Assembly (NCBI GenBank): GCA_973895155.1
Contig: OZ316894.1
Location: forward strand, 24,674,709-24,738,708
Length of the DNA: 64,000 bases
Reading direction: 5' to 3'
Origin: Marsupella aquatica
Lineage: Eukaryota > Plantae > Marchantiophyta
Positions 49,101-61,989 of this stretch are shown piece by piece. The stretch's first letter is position 1. Each line of letters begins with the position of its first letter. The notes under the pieces are model-generated. The model saw only the letters and a list, made by a program, of their open reading frames with translations, was not told the DNA's origin and did not search any database. A program made the translations under genes and the position numbers.

Positions 49101-51128
49101 AATTGGGAGAGTGCATACTTTTGTGTCCAGAGCAATCCCTTCCGACTTTCTGAGACTTGATCAGGACATTTTGACACCCCTTGCTGGCAAGAAGCAGCTT
49201 TACACTTTTGAAACTACCGATTTTTGGGAGCAGATTAAAACCCCAGGGTGAGCGTTCGTCTCATGTTTTCAATTTTATGCCTTTGTGGCTGAAGAAGAAC
49301 TTCTACATACTTTTTCTATAGCTACTATCTATACTCTCCTCTCCAGCCCGTGTGAGATCTTTCTCCTTGCAACGAACCGAAGAACTCTAATACTCAGCTG
49401 TCCTCCCAGGTTTGTCACTGATAGTATGTAAATGTGTCAATTTGGATTTGTAAGCGAGTGGTTTTCGTAAGTAACGTTCGTCATAAATTTGACACTACCA
49501 ATTGTGCGTACTATGTCAGCATTTCCATACGGTGCTCGTCCCTGTATCTCCAAGAATATCGGCGAATCAATCCAGGGCTCCTAGCCAAAGGAAAGAATAT
49601 TGTCGGTGACGTCTTTATTCATCCATCGGCTAAAATTCATTCAACATCAAAGGTACTGGATTCTTGGTAACTTCAAGGGCCTATGGTTTACGATGTGGTT
49701 TGGGTGGAACAAATGTGTAAATTACATTTGCGATTGATGTTTAGTAATACAAGACACTAACTCCGACAGAAGGGAGAAACAAGTAACGACCGGAGATAGT
49801 TTTGTTCAATTCTCAACTATATTGGGTACTGTTTGATCTTATTCCAGAGGTTGGTTTTGGTTTATATACTCAACTTTTTGGTAGTCCTCAATTAATGTCT
49901 ATTGTAAAGGTAAATGTCAACAATTGACAGAATCTCTCATGTTTTGGTGCCAATGATTGCACAGATCGGGCCGAATGTGTCTATCTCTCCCAATGCACGA
50001 ATTGGTCCTGGAGTGCGGCTTCTTAATTGTATCATACTGGATGATGTGGAGATTATGGTAAGGTTACTGTGTGGAATGTTGCCTAGAGTTTGTGTTCTCT
50101 ATTTGACTATTTTATTCCAGTTTTTGCAAAGTATGTGGTCCGGTTCTTTCTAAATGATTTGGGGTTTTGGCAGGATAATGCGATTGTAATGCATGCAATC
50201 GTTGGGTGGAAATCATCCATAGGTCGATGGTCTCGAGTGCAGGTAAATGAGTCATGCCTTTTATTGATATTACATAGGCTTCCTTCATGAATTCCTTCTA
50301 ATCCTTTGTTCGTTATGTCTCACACGCCCTGGTAGACAACATAAAATCCAATCCACGACAGGTCGGGCTGTTAGAGCCTTTCAGACATGGACGATGTTTG
50401 AAAATGCTTTTGAAGATTTTACCTCTTTCAAACTGTGAAACTAGCATCTACAGTAGGGTGAAGGGGCTTAAGAGATCCCAAAAGAAAATTTCGAACTTGT
50501 CATATCCTTCTTAACATCTGGAAGTACGGAAGCATAAGAATCTAATGTGTAGTTGGCATTCTGCAAGCCAAGGTCATGTTAGGCCCATATTAGCAACTAT
50601 TGCCTATATTGATTTTAAAACAGAATAGATATAAGTAAATTCGCAGTTTTAGCACTCGGTGGTCGTCTTCAGACTGTCAGTTCTGATAGTTTTGCTTGCC
50701 TGATTCGTCTCATCGTCAACACCTCTCTTTAGATCTTGTTAGCAACGCTAGACCTCAAATCCAAAGATCTTAGAGGTTGTCTTGTTCTTGTAAGCAGGGA
50801 GGAGGAGATTATACTCAAAAACTGGGTATATCAATTCTAGGTAAGGCACTAAACTCTTGTCTAGTAGCAACGGCCGTACGATTGATTGGGTGTTGCTAAG
50901 CGCTTACAATACTCTTCACACGAGGAACTATTTTCAACAAAAAGTGTCCAGCTTTTTCAATTTAGGTAATGTTGAGAACCTGTGAACTCAAAGATTTACT
51001 AAGCTAGGATTTTTTGTCCATCTGCAGGTGAAGATGTCACAGTTGAAGATGAGGTTGTCGTTATAAAATGCATAGTGCTTCCGCACAAGCTTCTTAACGC
51101 CAGCGTGCTCGAGGAAATCATTCTTTAG
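46193..51128 (+). CDS. KJC: GDP-mannose pyrophosphorylase alpha / KONJAC-type (GMPPA) subunit; 15 exons per isoform with alternative exon 9a/9b
   Basis: Exons 46193-46262, 46844-46941, 47078-47178, 47380-47458, 47702-47762, 47977-48023, 48152-48244, 48407-48497, [48705-48753 or 48825-48873], 49131-49247, 49520-49652, 49965-50057, 50174-50242, 50798-50840, 51028-51128; all GT-AG and phase-compatible. [18 protein letters not shown] (the GGPTKG insertion typical of GMPPA/KJC), [54 protein letters not shown], hexapeptide repeats IGPNVSIS, C-terminus EEIIL. Confidence 0.95.
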
Positions 51129-51819
51129 TGAAACGCAACTTTCCATGAGCCATTTAAGTATCTTATTGGAACTCATTGCGTAGTTGTTCCATGTGAATCA
51201 TTATTATTTAACAGTCTTTGATCTAGTTTTCGTAAACGGAACTCTGTGCTTATGTAGTCAAGCATCCTACTTGCATCAATTGGAAACATTTGAGCCCTTT
51301 GTGGTCACATAAAATTCTTCTGGGCTTTCTCCTAGCCTGACAATTCATCATGGGCCATGTACTTCTCAAGGTCTCTTCTCTGGGAAGACCAGATTAGACT
51401 GTCCTACTTGAGGGACATGGAGCAAGGCGATTTGAATCCAAGGAGATGGAATTCACTTCACATTCTTGGTGCTGTCTCTAAAGCTTATCTGTATGTGGTC
51501 ACATGTGAAATGAAACGTCAAGCGCTAGAATTAACCACTCTTCTTGAACATAGTTGGTCGAGTTCTTTTTCACGTTTGCTGTCGTGCCTTCCAGATTAGA
51601 TTTGTAGACAACTATTTTGTAAACATGAATTATTGAGTTCCATATTTTCAATATATATAAACTAAATGATTTATATCTCGGGCACATTGTTGGGTGGTTG
51701 GATGGCTGGGTCGGGACTAAATATCAAATGCCTAGGTGCAGATTAAAAGATTCACACTTCAGCACATCGCTGAGTGTGGACTTTCATATCAGAAGCACTG
51801 CTATTAAATATTTCCATTG

Positions 51820-52180
51820 ATTATGATGGGGCATTGATCTTCCTCTACATTTTTATTTGTAGATTGGCGCATCAATGCAACTAGTAGATAGGAGGCCCTT
51901 CTACCATGCGCGGGGCATTATGGTTTGTCTTGTTGAAGATCTTTGACTCCGCACGACATTTCCATTTGCGACTAGGGGCAGATCTTTGACTCCGCTTGAC
52001 ATTTCCATTTGCAACTAGGGGCAGTATTGCAACTAGTAGCAACGAGAACATTCGATCATTCGCGGGGCATACTGGTTTTCGTCTCACTGAAGATCTTTGA
52101 CTATGTTCGACATTTCCAAATGCAAATAGGGGCAGCACTGCAATTAGTAGCAAAGAACACACTCTGTCATGTAGAGGCAT
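51820..52180. repeat. Degenerate direct-repeat cluster
   Basis: agatctttgact...gacatttcca..tgc.a.taggggcag recurs at ~51938, ~51981 and ~52092, with repeated ggggcat and gcaactagtag motifs. Confidence 0.65.
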
Positions 52181-52333
52181 TATCGTTTAGCCGGGCACAA
52201 GAAAATTCAGGTAAAGAACCAGAGCAAGTAAGCGCTCTCCCTGTACTCCCTGTCCCAATATTTCCAAGTGAAAGCCATTTGGGAAGTTAACCTCCGCTAA
52301 CAATAACACAGTATTATCAAGTGTAGAGAAAAT

Positions 52334-52440
52334 TTATCGAACCCTGCCACATTGGCACGGAGTAATAATTATTATCGAACCCTGCCACATTGGCACGGAG
52401 TAATAATTATTATCGAACCCTGCCACATTGACACGGAGTA
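52334..52440. repeat. 38-bp tandem repeat (~2.8 copies)
   Basis: ttatcgaaccctgccacattg(g/a)cacggagtaataatta at 52334, 52372 and 52410. Confidence 0.9.
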
Positions 52441-55400
52441 CTATAGTGAGAAGTTTTTGTTTAGTAATATTGTTCGTGTGGCTGCTGACCGATGAACTAG
52501 CACGACCGACTGACAGTTGCAATCGTAATAACTTTCAACACTGCACACCAAATTCAATCACAATGAGTTTGCTTTCCAATCGCCAACTGTAACCAAGGTC
52601 ATGTGAATCGTCATGGTTATTTTTGTGATAGGACACTGGTTATCAAGTGCAATTCTTATGATAGGACACTGGCGAACAAGCCCAACACTGGCTTGGGAGG
52701 AGGGACTGGCGAGCCTACATAGTCAGCTCCATAGTCACCCTTCAGGAGTGCTCTTGACTACGGTAGATTCTTCTGTCACCTCGTTATTTGGTGAATCCCT
52801 TTGTTAACAGAGACCTACCCAATCCCAAGGCAGAATTTGGCCAATTTTCGCCAATTAATAAAAGGCTGATCCGTCCACAGACAAGGAGATGCTACAAAAT
52901 ACGAGTGCAATCATCGTTGGGTCCCAACTTACTTACGTCCCATCACCGGCCAACGTACTGACATTAATGGAGGTCAGAGCTAAAAAATGGCAGCTTTTTC
53001 TGCTTTCGTAAGAATAAATTTGACGTCGATCCGAAATCCCACAACTCCGCCACATTTTCCTCGTGCTGATCCTGGTGTCCATCCCGTTTTAATGAAGTCC
53101 CACACGCAGCCTGCCAGCTGGCTTCCTCCCCTGCCGAAAGATATCACTTGTACTGTACTGTATGCTCTCGAGCAGATGGGATTCTCCTCAGCATTGGGAG
53201 TCCACAGTGTTGTGAAAGTCCATGGCCAAATTCATGCACCACGAGGTTTGATCAAAACGCTTGGATGAAACGATTGACTTTTGGCAGCATTCTCGTGTGT
53301 TGTGGCTAGTTTCTCGACTGAATTATGTTTCTGAAATTTTCTGTTTCGCCTTGAATGTATGCTTTTGTTGTGGCAGTAAAAACCCAAGGTGCTAAGATGC
53401 CAGCCCAGCCCATAGGATGGGACAGTACGTTTTCAAGCGACAGCGAGGTTTTGAATCAATGTTGTGTTTTTTGTTGAGATTTTTCATTGAGATCAAGATT
53501 GTCATTTATTTTCAGCCAAATAATTCTCCATCGTGCTTCTTGTAAAAGACTTCACCACTCCCACAAAACCGAGGAGATACAGACGAGATGCCAAGAACCT
53601 AGTAACATGAACATTCACAGAACACAGGTAATATGTTAGTGGAGGCAGATGGTTTCAAATTGAAGATCCCGTCCAAAATCTGTACTCAAATACTCTGTCA
53701 TTTTTATGAGTTGACGCTTCGACCCCCTTCGACCAGTTGCCTTCTTCACTTGCTCTACTTGAAAATTCGGTGATTACCCTGAGTTCTCTTCTGGTCCATC
53801 TGATGCAGGAGGTTCGTCTTTCCTATAAACTTAGGTTTTCTGACATGATCTTGCATTTATGGTTTCTGCTTAAATCGGCAATCGTACCAAAACAAATTTT
53901 TCGATCATGAGTTTTTGTCAGGAGTAATGGTCAAGACTCTTAGTACATGTAAACGAGCCAATTTTCTACTTTGCTGAGAGATTCCAGTATTCGTTCTATG
54001 TTTTCTTCTCCCGGGGACAAGCCGGAAGACAGTAACTGTTTTCAGACGAGTTTCATAACTTGGAATCCCGGATTTAGCCACAGTTCAATGCCTTCTTCAC
54101 CGTTTCACAGAGATCCGAGATTTCAGTGCGAAAAACTTCTATTTCTCCGACAAATTCCATTGGTTTCTAGAACCGAGTTGAATATCCGTTCAGTTGATGA
54201 CCTTTCGTGTCTGTGTTTGTTATAAACAATAACACAAGGCTGGGCTCGTATATGATGGCAATCACAAAAGTCGGTAAAGCTGATTTGACGATATCAGTCG
54301 TTTATAAATCAAGTTCAGGTAAAACCTTGGCTTGTTCAGTAAGGATGTTCTTTCCGTCTCAAATTTATAAACACATTCCAAGCTTCGATTTTTCGGTTAT
54401 TCGGCAGTTCCAACAATGCACATATACATGACTGGAACAGGGATGTGCAATCACGGTCCACTAGATTTCAAGTATTATTGGTAATGATAATGGAGAATCG
54501 TTCTCTGGTCCGTGAGGGAGAGGTCCGTTCTACGTCTATACCTTTCTTTCCTGTTTAATCTTCTTGAAATGTGGAACCTTAATGGAGCACAAGTGGCCAT
54601 GGACTGACGTACCCGGCAACGAAAGGCCCCGAAGCGATGACTGTGCAGAATGATGGCTAAAACAGACACCAAACTTTCAGCTTCTCACTGTTACTCTCCC
54701 AGGTTTGTAACGATCTTAGCCACGGGCACGACAAAAGTATCTGTCATGGGCATCGACCTGACCAAACATGGATTATCATCTAGTGTCAAGACACCGACAA
54801 ACTCCTCAGATAGCCGATCAATGCTGACGAAACAAATGACAAAGGAATGACAATGTTGCGATGACATACTCCATAGTAGATCCTAGGAACTCCGACCAAC
54901 AGCCAATCTATCGACCCGAATTCCAACATACGGCAGGACAATATTTGACCAAAGCAACCGACACCACATAAGTTCAACTCACTTCTTCGGACGGAAACTA
55001 CGGAAAAGCTTGCATGCTATGCACATATTGATTTAAAATCGTCAAGTCACAAGCGAAGCAGTCCTCATTCAAATGGGCCACCTCTACGACAATCTCCTGA
55101 GAGATACATAGGACCTGAGTTCTACTTCTGAAGCTTCCAAGGCGGGTCATAGTTTCTGTATCCACGATACTGTTCAAAGAAACCCTCGGAAAACCAGTTT
55201 CTACCATACAGTGCGCACGGCCCAGCACAGATTGCAAACAGGTAACAACAAAGATATCTTCATGTTCGAAAACACCCTAGACTCGAATGACGCGACTCCT
55301 TCTCCAGGAGATATGAACACCCAAAACCCAGTTGGAAGGTAAGAAAGGGGGGAACGGCACGGGTCCTCGAATCTCTCAAAGAGACTTCGCTATGGCCTCC

Positions 55401-55885
55401 GATCGAGATCCACCTAGGTTGAAGCCGTCTGCCGCGCAGCAACGGATAAGAGAACAGCACCGACGACGATCTAAGTCGAGACAGCGGCCATCTCGAGCAA
55501 CAACAACAACATCAGCAGCAGTCGAGGACGATCGTAAATGCAAGTGGTCATCTCCAGCAACGACAACAACATGAGCAGCCACTGCAAGGAATGACAGTAG
55601 AGTCGCAACCCCCGGAACCCTCTGCTCTTCTTGGCCGAATGCAAGGTCTCGTCGTTCGGCTGACTGTCTTCCTAAACCCTGAACAGAACAAGCAAGCGGG
55701 GCCCTCCCTCAACACCAGGACAGTCCCACACTCCCGCTTGCTTGCTACCCGTACAGCACTACCCGACGAGGAAAAAATAGTGCTCTTTCCCCCCCAAAAA
55801 AGAGGAAAGGAGCTAGAGCTAGAGGACTTCTTGAGAGAGTATAATGCGGTGTAATCATGAACCCCCGACGCCATGCCTACATTAT

Positions 55886-58800
55886 CTAGGCTGCGGGTTC
55901 AGCCACCTCTTCCATCACTGGCCGTTGTGTCCTGTCGAACTTAATGTACCGCTTGTTGGGAGCGTCGTAGAGTTGGCAATCGCCTATGATGGTGGAGATG
56001 AGTTCCGGCCCGAATGTGGCCTTGTTTAGGTGCCGGTCGAAATTCTCCTGGATTGAGGCATAGGCCTTGCGGAGGTTGTAGCTGGGAATGCGGGATGAGA
56101 CGTGGTGGGGAATGTGCACGCTGATGTCGTGGCATAGAAATTCAATCCTGTGGTAGACCAGTAGAGAGAAAATCAGTGCTGAATTTTCACAAATCTCCAA
56201 TGTGGGTCTCTGGATAATTCCAACCATGAACGGAGAAATACACAACATTGATTAATGACTGGACCTTTCCTTTCAAAAGCAAGAAAATGTATATTCGGTT
56301 TCTCTAATTAAATAATTTACCCACATCGACAGGGGTAACACCTACCAAGCAGGATAGTCGCAATGGACAGTTCCGGCGAGCTGTGCGGCGGCGGCGTTCC
56401 ACTCCCGAGATTGTTTGAATGGAATGTGGGGTGCGGTGTGATGCACCATCGTGAACGTGCTCATCCAGAAGTGGAATCCCAACCACGGGAGCACCCACCA
56501 TTTCACAAATCCGATAGGCCCGGTGGTAACGAGCAGGGGTAACAGAACTCCGATGGCAAATACTCCGACTGCGGCCCAACTCACCTGGATAAAATCGAGC
56601 AACAGCGGCCAGAGTCAATTTTTACTGGTCTCCCATGCAGTGAACAATACGGACAACTTTTCTAAATTTCCCGTTGCTTAGATTCATTGAGTTGTTCTCC
56701 ATATCATATTCACTAGTAAACAAATCCATCAGGTACCACGCGATAATCACCTCGCACCGACGAAAACAGACTGAGTTACCTACCTCCCGAGCGCCAGAAA
56801 AGGCAGAACAATTGTGGGCCACGGAATTTAAATTACGGAGTTCCCGAGTCTAACGAATGCTTTGCAGGCAAACGCGACCAAGTAATCCCCTCTCAAGTAC
56901 AAACGCATTTTCAGAGCCATAGACTTCCTCAGATGACAAGCCCAGGGACAGAAAGAAGGGGGACAATTCTGCGCAGAACCGGTGGGAAACAGTGGAAATT
57001 ACCTTCACTCGGGTATGCTCTTGGGGCCTGTATTTACTCAAGTCGAAGTGCCAGAGAAGCCAGTGGCCCACAGACGCTGCCCACCAAAACGGGCCCATCA
57101 TGGCCTCCATAAGTAATTTCGGCACGCCTTTTGCCCTGTCATACATATGAGGCCGGAACGGCTGCCATGCTGTATCAACTATCAACCTGTATCAAGCCAG
57201 AGAAGTAACACCCAGTCAGTAGTGGCTCCTGACCACCCAAACACACCCAAACACTATTGTAGAACTATGTAAAATGAGACACCGATGCTTATAACTCCCA
57301 GACTCAGCAGCACCTGCGATACACCACAGGAAGTCCCCACCATGGCTGGGAGACCTGACGCGACAAGGGTTGAAGGGTGACCCGAGTCCGAAAAGGACCA
57401 CACTACACAGGCTACAGCAAAGCCGAGTCCGAGCAAGTTCCCCGCCTTGTCAGGAGAGGCTCGATCTACAAACACTGTTTGAATCCGACGCATACTGTAG
57501 ACTAGAGATCTCTGTGGCGACCACGAGCCGTAAACTCACTGGCTATGGCCGTGGCATAGAGGTGAGTGAACGTGTCCACGACGGGAGGATCGTGTGCCAG
57601 TGATCTTAACGGTCAGCGAAAGGCTATCTGTAACGTATTGAAATCCATATGAACCAATCTTAACCATTCTGTAGTTCCTCGCGACCACATTGATGTTACG
57701 GGGAACAGGATTTACTTGTTGGTGTGCGCATGATGCGTGTTGTGCTTGATGCGCCATGGCTCAAACGGGTAAATGAGGGGGGCCATCATGATCGTACCCA
57801 CGACATCATTCACCATCTTATTCGTCGAGAAAGATAAGTGCCCGCAGTCGTGTCCAACCACGAACAAGCCCGTCATAGCTGTTCCTAAATAGGCATAAAC
57901 CAATGGATATAGGTACCACGGTGCCACTGCGAGCGCCGCGTAGCCAAGAGCAACTGAAGTCACTGTGATGACAACAGTTCTCCACGCTTTTACATTGTCA
58001 ATTTCAAATACCTGCAGAATGAAATTCACCTGGTTCGATTACGATCTCAAACCACATCCACTCTGGCCGACATTTCAATTTCAGCTGAATTCACAACTAA
58101 AGAAATTGCGTTACAAACAATGTCACATTCTGCTGTTGATGTAACGCATACCTCCGGGGGTAGAGTTTTGACGATGTCGTTTAACGTCAGATCTTCAGGG
58201 ATCTGCAGTTGATCATGTACCAAATGGTTCAGTTCCCGTCGAAAACAACTTCAGCTAAGAAGTCGGTAGGGCTACAGCAACGCTAAACTAAAATGTGAAT
58301 AAAACCCGTCGATGACAGATGTAGGCAGGAAAGTGTCAAATCTTGAAGGATTTCCGATCATCCTATCCCCAGTTGATAAAAAACTATCGCGCCACTGCCA
58401 TGCTCCAGCATTATAACATTTCAGCCATTGTCCCACTACCAAATTTGAATCCCGCAGCTGTAAATCATCGGGACTTGCAGGGGAGGCCAAGTGCGGATTC
58501 AATTTGCTGTACTAAGATCTTCAAGAGGTAATGAGAGTATTCGCCTATACAAATGATAATCCCTTCGTATGGTCCACGTAAGGTTCAGTCACAATGAAGC
58601 AGTAATCGTCTCGCTTCCTCGTCAGCTTAATTCCTTCTATCACCATGCAGAACGCTACAACATTGAGGTTACGAAGGCGACAACTCCATCAACAGAATTA
58701 GCGAACAGACGACAGGTCAGCGAAAATTTACAGGTTCGGCGATCTGAGAGAATCCTGGAACTGTCTGGAATGTTCTCTGCGGGGCAGCGACAGCCCTCAC

Positions 58801-59596
58801 CGACAAGGATCGGGCCCTTCTCTCGGGTTGTAAAGTCTACCATCACGACAACACAGACAATCGTCATTCAACACGGACATCATTCCAATACTCTTGTCAA
58901 TTAAGACACACGATCTGTACGAGAATCCAGCGAGACATACTTATGACGAACCGCCGTTATCGACGACAGACGTACAGCTCAGCAAAAAAAGAGATGATAT
59001 ACACACCTTCGTGGGAAGAGTGAATCTCCTTGACCCGAGTCCTGCAACCGAGGAAGCACCTCGGCAATACGTCCACGGCGTTGCTGCAGGCATATTGAAG
59101 CACATTGCGGAGTCCACAGTGCTTTTAGCTCTTGGTACCTGCGATTATTGAACATGTCAGCAGCAGATTTCGAAACAGAGAGTCCGGGATTAGAGAGGCA
59201 GAGGAACTTTGCAAAGACTAGTATGATCCGTTTTGTTCCGTTGTTTACGTCTATCACGTATATCGCAGCGGAGATATTCTTAAGCATAACACGTCGACGA
59301 TTTCCAGTAAGAGCCTCCGCATCTCCTAGCTACAAAGCTTATTCCCTTCGAGTCAAGCTTATTGGAGCCCCCGACAGCCTGGGAGGTCGCAAGTCAATTG
59401 CGATCAAGTGATACAGGGACGAATGCGGCCTAGCAATCTATAGAATAATTCATGCTAAGAGTCCTCGACGTTTTGAACGAATGCAACCCGCCATTTGAAA
59501 TAAACCGTAGAGAGATCAAGTGAACCAACAGACCCGCCGGGTGACGAGCTGCCTTGAAAGTGACGTCGCGCTCATATTCGCGCACGAGGCCGCCAT
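55886..59596 (-). CDS. FAD6: Plastid omega-6 (delta-12) fatty acid desaturase (8 exons)
   Basis: Exons 59596-59534, 59138-59007, 58836-58732, 58202-58152, 58011-57716, 57186-57003, 56584-56346, 56147-55886. Transit-like N-terminus, GFSQIAEP-IPEDLTLNDIVKTLPPEVFEID, histidine boxes HDCGH, HNTHH and HIPHH, FWMSTFTMVHHTAPHIPF, GTVHCDYPAWIEFLCHDI, RIPSYNLR. The first two exons are less certain. Confidence 0.93.
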
Positions 59597-61989
59597 CTCA
59601 AGGCCGGCACGAGAAATGCACGCTGCACTCAACACAAAAAGATGGACAAAGATCTCACGACAATGAATAAGGAAGGGAAAGAAGAAGTGCGAACAAAAGA
59701 TTCGAAAACGCCATTCACTGATGACATTGATCACAATGATGATGCCGACTGACCAGAAAACTACCGCGACTGGGACTCAGGAGTCTACACCGACAGATCT
59801 TAAAGCGCTCGACTCACGTCCTTGCCCCAAAGGCATCTCGACAGTACAAAGACCAAAAGCTGACATAATGCAATCCTCAGCAATCACGAAGAACATCTCC
59901 TCTACCAGTCCAGAAAATGCACTAAGCATCCACCAATTCACACGACATATTTTCCCTCCACCCGTCTCAACGTCAGGTACCAAGACAACAATCCACACGT
60001 TTCAGCACTCAGCATGCAAATAATGTACCAGCTCCGGCAGCGTTGCCTCCTCCTCCTCCTCGTCGGTGCCTTCCTACCGCTGGCCGCTCCTAGTGAGCTT
60101 CCAACTTCACAAGAAGCACGGCATTCGAAATGCTCGAGCACCTCAGCCAGCAACACAGAGAGAGTTTTTTTGCCGTGAACTGGGGTGAGTGCTTTCCACC
60201 GCTCGACAGCTTCAGTGCCTCGCGCAACAACAGAGCCGGCCTCTCCTGCTAATCCCCCGAGCTCTAATGTGAGGATTTATAATGGTCAGCGCAAACAATT
60301 TACTCTTTCTTCAGTTCTTCTGCCCGCAAGGAAAGAAAAAAGCTCGCACTACCGTAGATTTGAGAGGAGGAGCTGCTGCTGCCACAGGGCACATCTACGC
60401 CGACCGAGATGGTGAGCTTCACAAGGAGGGTGGGAGAGAGAGAGAGAGGGGGGTCCTAAGTTGAGTTGAGGTGGAGGGGCAAAGGAAGGTCGGGGCGGGG
60501 GCAGGTGGGAGGAAGGGACAGAATGGTCGAGAAACAAGAGGAGGAGGGGAGGAGACGTGTGGTGACTGAATGCAATGCAGAAGACTTTCGGAGAGAATCG
60601 GCACCATCCCGCCTGTAAATCAAAGCAAAATCAAAGCAAAATCAAAGCAATTCAATACTGTAGTATAATTGGAAAGTTAGAGCTCGACGTACCATTGTCA
60701 TGAATGAATGAATGTAGTGTACAGTATGTAAGGGTGGCTTTTCAAGGATTTTATTTGTCACAGAAGGAAATTGGAGGGACGTTTCTTGTCCTTTTTTCTT
60801 GAAAGAAGCACTTTACTTATGGGAAACGTAAAACCTAACAAATACCAGGAGTGACAGGCATGATTAGAAACAATCAAAGGCCAAAAGCCATGACGAGAAT
60901 GAACTTGTTCAAAGAGGGATGTTTCTTGTTCTAACATAGATTAGGGACCAAATATCTCTTTTGGACAGCCTTCTACCAAAAGTCATTATTGTATTTTCTT
61001 TGCGTTTCCGGCCAGCTTTAAAATTTGTGGCCCATGGCGGAGTACTAGGTTTCGGGCGGGTCCTTTGCGAAGCAAATAAAAGCTCTGCTTTTTCGTTCTG
61101 GCCTGTCTATTGGGTCTTGACATGTATCTATTTTGGACTAGCAATCAGGGAAAATCATTTATTGTTGTCTATTGGGTCCTGCCATTCTATGTTGTCCCTT
61201 GTTGCAGTAGCCCATTGTGGACAAAAGGTGTAGACATGAGAATGTATTCATTTTGTGGAATGTTACTTACAATGTGTGGATACACATATGTGCAGAGCTT
61301 GCTTGATAATAGTTATCCCAACAAGCCTAGCATGAGGGTAGCAGTATTCATAGCGCAAGCAACATTCCAACTTAGAGTTTAATATGTTAACCAGCTTTTG
61401 CATAAACCTTTATCCCAAAGTGAGGTTCACTAAATCTTTTTGCACACAAAAGATTCTACACTTAGAAAACTTGGATGTCACTCTCTTACCACCTAAATGG
61501 GCCCGTCAACTTGAATCCAGATCTTTTGAAATGGACTTCAATAAATACAAATCCCTTCAATGAAATAACCAAAGTTTGGAAACATTTGGATGACCTCTCA
61601 AGGTGGGCAGATAAAATAAGCACTCCACTTCAGCATTTACTTGGGTTCACTGCTTGGATGTGGGATCGGTAGACACCATGGGATCGTAGACACCATTCCT
61701 GAATGGACCCCTGAGCTCTTATAAAGCCAACTGCAACTCTTGCGACTCATTTTACGGTCCACACTTAATCTTAGAGAAAATAAGAAAAGGCAAATGAATG
61801 ACCCTGGCTTCTTGTAAAGCCAACTTGACTGTAGGGTCCTGGGAAGTGATGTTGAACCTAGTCTACCATGTGAGACACCTCGAGGCTAGTCTGCTGTGGC
61901 TAAGTGCAGGCTTGGAAGAGACCCTAGCCTGCAGTGTGCAGTATGTTATAAGTACTTGGGAAAATCACTGATGCACTTTTCCAGCTGGA

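Noticed and set aside
52334-52440. CRISPR-like 38-bp repeats
   Set aside because: The copies are head-to-tail with no unique spacers, there are no cas genes, and the context is eukaryotic. The same applies to the 41-bp repeats at 11490.
57540-57668. In-frame 129-nt cassette exon in a FAD6 intron (good GTGAGT donor)
   Set aside because: The upstream intron would be only 47 nt, and the insertion would disrupt the region next to the second histidine box.
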